Below are positions 60,482-64,000 of a DNA stretch of 64,000 nt, in pieces; position 1 is the stretch's first letter, and each line of letters begins with the position of its first letter. The position numbers and the translations under genes were made by a program. This stretch comes from an uncultured bacterium (GTDB lineage: Bacteria > Verrucomicrobiota > Kiritimatiellia > PWTM01). Under the pieces are notes generated by a model. It made no database searches. It saw only the letters and a list, made by a program, of their open reading frames with translations, and was not told where the DNA came from. The DNA lies in contig CALLML010000048.1 of NCBI GenBank assembly GCA_938005705.1, positions 2,066-66,065 of the forward strand, written 5' to 3'.

Positions 60482-61725
60482 GAAGTTGCTCCTGGATTGA
60501 CTTTGAATGGCGAAAAATCGGACACGGCATCCACCACCGCCTGTAGCCAATCGGTCGCGGAATTTCGGACATCAGATGGCAGCGCCTGGATAGCGGCGAT
60601 ATAACCGGCCGACCGGTCGGCCTTTTCCCAGGCGGCCAGAAAACGATCGCAAGCCGCTGCGCCGACATCTCCGTCCGGGCCGGCCTCTGCGCGATCAATC
60701 GCCTCCGCGCCATGATCCCGCCACAGCCGGTGCTCCGCCTCAATCGCGGCCGACCAACCGGCGGCCTCGAGCTCTCGCGCCGAACGCCGCATTGCCGCAC
60801 AGACCCGTTCGACCGTCTCGCGCAATCGTCGCGCGCGCTCCCGAAGGATGAGATCGAGCGCGTCGAGGGCACCGACGACGCAAGCCGCCGTCCATGAATC
60901 CGCCGCTGCTGGCCGACGCACCCTCTCATACCATCGGCGTAGCGCGTGAAGGTTGCCGAGATATATGAAATTGTTCGTCACAAGCCGGCGCAAAGAACGA
61001 TACAAACCGCGCACGAAAGGACGCGGCGAGCGCGGCGGTGCGTGTGGAGGCGCATAGACATGCCCCGGTGAGAGGATGTCTTGGCGCACAATATAGCCGG
61101 CCGGGATCACCGTGCCATACTCGACACGTACGGGGCCCACCAGGCCGCCTTGGCCCCCGAGAAAGATCGGCGGTTGATCCAATCGGACGCCCCGCGGCAC
61201 ATCACCAATCAACGACGGCGTGGCCTTGTCCTGGTGCGGAGTGAAATTGAAATGCACATAGGATGAGCCAATTTCGCTATGATCTTTCCGGCTGGTGCCG
61301 CCAGCCATCAGCGCATCGCAGAAATTGATCAGACTGCCAGCGGTGACGAATGGGAAAAGGATTGTTTGCTTGAGGCCCACCGCATGCGCCGCGCTCGCCT
61401 CCTCTTCCAGAATCGTCCCCGGCCGCACATGCGCATTCCCCCCGACATTCGCGCCGGCGAAAAAGACCGACTCGGCAAAATACCCGCTCTTCAGTTCGAC
61501 GTTTCGCTCCAAGCGGCAATTGTCCAGGGTGGCAAGACCCTCTTCGCCGATCACGCAACCCGGTCCGATGGAGAGCCCCGCGCCGCGCAACCGCACACCG
61601 GCGTGCAGGATCGTGCCCGGCGCAATGCGCTCCGGCGCGACCTCCGGCGCCACATCGAGGGAACCCGGATTCATCACCCGCACCCCACGTTCGATGAGAT
61701 GCCCGACCTGTTCTTCCCTGTTCAT
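60478..61725 (-). CDS. GlmU-like left-handed beta-helix acetyltransferase lacking the uridylyltransferase domain
   Basis: AHVRPGTILEE..AHAVGLKQT..GSLINFCD..EIGSSYVHFNF resembles the GlmU C-terminal domain. ATGA overlap with glmM. No LAAGxGTRM motif. Confidence 0.7.
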   Translation of the reverse strand: MNREEQVGHLIERGVRVMNPGSLDVAPEVAPERIAPGTILHAGVRLRGAGLSIGPGCVIGEEGLATLDNCRLERNVELKSGYFAESVFFAGANVGGNAHVRPGTILEEEASAAHAVGLKQTILFPFVTAGSLINFCDALMAGGTSRKDHSEIGSSYVHFNFTPHQDKATPSLIGDVPRGVRLDQPPIFLGGQGGLVGPVRVEYGTVIPAGYIVRQDILSPGHVYAPPHAPPRSPRPFVRGLYRSLRRLVTNNFIYLGNLHALRRWYERVRRPAAADSWTAACVVGALDALDLILRERARRLRETVERVCAAMRRSARELEAAGWSAAIEAEHRLWRDHGAEAIDRAEAGPDGDVGAAACDRFLAAWEKADRSAGYIAAIQALPSDVRNSATDWLQAVVDAVSDFSPFKVNPGATS

Positions 61726-61922
61726 CTGCCCTTCCTCAGGAACACCAGCCCTTGAAGGCAAACCCCATCCCGGACTATCTACATAAGCACACACCGAGGT
61801 TCCCATTCAAGAACACTTCTCTGCCAGATACCTTATCCAGAAATTACAAGGGTCTTTATACAGAGATCGTTCGTTTTTAGTGAAACAGCGCCATGGTGGA
61901 TTCACGCCGTGAGTCGGCTTAT

Positions 61923-62059
61923 TACCAATCATCTGATATTGTCCTGACACGCTCATTCAAGGCATCGCGGCCTCAGCAAGCGAGGCCCTGCACGCTTCGG
62001 ACGTAGGGCGCGATTTGCTCGCGCCGAGGGGAACGAACATGTGAAGATGACGTCGAGGA
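61923..62059 (-). repeat. Repeat family A copy 4 (inverted), abutting the IS4 remnant
   Basis: Reverse complement reads ...CACATGTTCGTT..GGCGCGAGCAAATCGCGCCCTACGTCCGAAG..GGCCTCGCTTGCTGAGGCC..GTGTCAGGACAATATCAGATGATTGGTA. Confidence 0.85.
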
Positions 62060-62682
62060 CACTGCCATCCCATAGACGACGGATTTCGGGAGTGAAGACC
62101 CGTGTTTGCCGGCAATTATCCTTTCAGGACGGTCATGTCATTTTTCGGTTTTTGGTCAAAGATGACACGCGTTCTGGGTTTTCAAACATATGGCTGTCCC
62201 GCAGTGGTCATGCGAACCTTGGCAAGTAGGCCTGTTCCGGTGCGACGCAGAGCCTTTCGGTGGTCGTCCCATAAGAATCCACCGAAGAATGCAGGCACCA
62301 GTTCCGCCGGAGGGCAGACCGTGTCTTGTTGGCTCGGCTCCGGTTGTTGCAGCTCGGGGGTGAAGCCCCACGGATCATGGTCACCGCCCCCCTGTTCATG
62401 CGCCGCGCATCCTATACGTCGTTCAGCCCGATGGCGTGCCTGACCTACGCCAACAATGGCGCCATCCCATGGTTCCACGGCGTGAATGTACGGCTCTTGT
62501 CGTCCACTCCGTACTCCTTCGCCAATCGCGATACCCGATGACCTGGAATCAGATTGCACAATTGCGTCACGATCTGTACGATTGCCCGCTAAAGTGGGGT
62601 TGCGTTTTTTTTCATGCCCTCCGAGCGGAAGATTTTCGCGTCACATTCCGGCTTTTCTTTCACGGGCTATGGGATGACAGTG
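62060..62682 (-). mobile_element. Internally deleted IS4-family element with intact terminal inverted repeats
   Basis: TIRs CACTGCCATCCCATAG (62060-62075) and CTATGGGATGACAGTG (62667-62682), 15/16 match, enclosing a transposase remnant. Confidence 0.8.
62208..62615 (-). pseudogene. IS4-family (DUF4372-type N-terminus) transposase pseudogene
   Basis: One frame: MKKNATPL*RAIVQIVTQLCNLIPGHRVSRLAKEYGVDDKSRTFTPWNH..*VRHAIGLNDV*DA..IRGASPPSCNNRSRANKTR...YGT...PEQAYLPRFA*. Three in-frame TAG stops and no DDE core. Confidence 0.75.
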
Positions 62683-63237
62683 GAATACGACATCGGTTCG
62701 GCAGATACAGGGCCACGCTTTCGTCTCCCTCGCAGAAAAAATGACGCGACGGTGCACGGAACGGGTCCACGGCGATTTCCGGAAGGACACGTCGGCTTGC
62801 GTTGCCGAGTTCACTAAAAAGTTCGTTTGCGTGATAATGAATTCGATCTTCACGAGCTTTCGTGAGGCGAGACGCTGGTCGATTCGTAAAATATAGTCCG
62901 GGAAAGGGTAGGGCGAAGGGATGGCCCGATTCACCGGCAGGATTGGCAGCCTGTCGGCGCCAAACACGCGGAGCGCTAAAAACAAACGAAGCCTTGATTT
63001 GCCAAACTATCCGACATCGAGCGAAAAGCAAGTAAAGTCGGTCTGAATCACGGAGTGCGTCGACGGGAAAGACCGATGGCGCGCCTCCGGGTCATGAGCG
63101 AACAGCCTTCGTTCATTCGGCTGTTCCATAGGTGGTGTGGGGCGATCGGGCACCCGTGAGTGAAATACGTCACGCCGCGCTTTTTGCTTTTTTCCGTTCT
63201 ATCGAAGAGTAAGCTGCAGGCGTGAGAGGATAGACAT

Positions 63238-63603
63238 ATGCGAAGATCGATCATCACCAGGCGGACGTTGATCGCGGCGGTGATGCTCGCGCTGGTAGCC
63301 GGCTGCGAAGACCAGCGGTTCGATCACGAACCACCGCCGGGTCTGGGAAGCCTCGTCGTTGATAATCTCACCGGCACTTCGCTGGAGGTCTTTATCGATC
63401 GGGCGGCGCCGGAGCAGGTGCGCGCCTGGCGGCATCGCATCTGGGATATGACGCCGGGGATTCACCGTCTCGTCATTCGCGACGGCGATGACGGCCGTTT
63501 CTATAGCGGCGACGCGGATATCGTGGAAGGACGACTGACCATCGCCGAGGTGCGCATCCCTCCGGACCGATCTTCCCTTGAGATCATCTGGCGCATGGAC
63601 TGA
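63238..63603 (+). CDS. Small lipoprotein (beta-sandwich-like)
   Basis: RBS GAGGA, lipobox LVAGC, GSLVVDNLTGTSLEVFID. Confidence 0.7.
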   Translation: MRRSIITRRTLIAAVMLALVAGCEDQRFDHEPPPGLGSLVVDNLTGTSLEVFIDRAAPEQVRAWRHRIWDMTPGIHRLVIRDGDDGRFYSGDADIVEGRLTIAEVRIPPDRSSLEIIWRMD

Positions 63604-64000
63604 CTTCGGCGAAGACGGAATCCGGGCCGAGCACCGCTTCGATATCTTGCATAAACGTTTTCGAGATAGTGACGCTATACTCTGCACCGGCATGAACGCG
63701 AATACATTCACCGGAGGGTAGTCGTACGTGTAGTTCTACCGGCGTGGCGCCAGCGTGTTTCAATAGCACGTTTCGCAACCGGTTCATTTCCTCGGCATCC
63801 TCGCGGGCGGGCGGTATCCGTAAGAGAATTTTGCGCACCAGCGTCGAGGGCGCCCGATCGAGAGGGCCGAGGTTTTCCGCGAGTAGCTGCACGCGATCGG
63901 CCTGGGCGATCACACGGCCCTCCGTCCATATCGCGGCTCCTTCGCGCAGGACCGCTTCCGTACGGGTATGCACGTCGTCATCCAGAAAAACTTCGATCTC
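63584..64000 (-). CDS. dnaE: DNA polymerase III alpha subunit, C-terminal end (partial)
   Basis: Open to the window edge: EIEVF...IWTEGRV (OB-fold end), then LRNVLLKHAGATPVELHV...YSVTIS..IEAVLG, typical of the DnaE tail. Confidence 0.65.
   Translation of the reverse strand, partial: EIEVFLDDDVHTRTEAVLREGAAIWTEGRVIAQADRVQLLAENLGPLDRAPSTLVRKILLRIPPAREDAEEMNRLRNVLLKHAGATPVELHVRLPSGECIRVHAGAEYSVTISKTFMQDIEAVLGPDSVFAEVSPCAR

Noticed and set aside
62102-62744. Plus-strand short ORFs, one with a RAYT-like RWSS string
   Set aside because: They are antisense to the IS4 remnant and have no HUH motif.

Overview
This is a high-GC bacterial chromosomal window. The Amuc_1100-like pilus cluster and PVC-style prepilin suggest the PVC superphylum, possibly Kiritimatiellota/Lentisphaerota (inference only). 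Housekeeping genes: SDR plus a partial flavoprotein, lpxA, radC, a DegT aminotransferase, a complete mreBCD-mrdA-rodA-rng elongasome operon, mnmA, rmuC, hpt, glmM, a GlmU-like acetyltransferase and the 3' end of dnaE. Accessory content: a ManD/RspA dehydratase, several GH-like unknowns, a PHP-GT4 fusion, a GT2/GT-C/SGNH surface-glycan cluster divergent from a type IV pilus/T2SS-like operon that ends in transglutaminase + ABC exporter genes, hydG with its TM1266-type partner, and a CHASE2 adenylate cyclase/MBL hydrolase pair. The five most unusual signals: (1) an 1111-aa four-domain fusion of 2-oxoacid dehydrogenase E1alpha, E1beta, lipoyl domain and FabH, with no E2 catalytic domain; (2) a ~280-nt structured leader with terminator/antiterminator geometry ahead of TM1266-hydG; (3) arrays of the palindrome TTCCAAnnnTTGGAA at 32-bp spacing (31 bp in one array); (4) a four-copy MITE/REPIN-like element, one copy abutted by an internally deleted IS4 element; (5) two further orphan structured intergenic elements. 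No rRNA, tRNA or true CRISPR array was recognised. All folds and alignments were made by eye.
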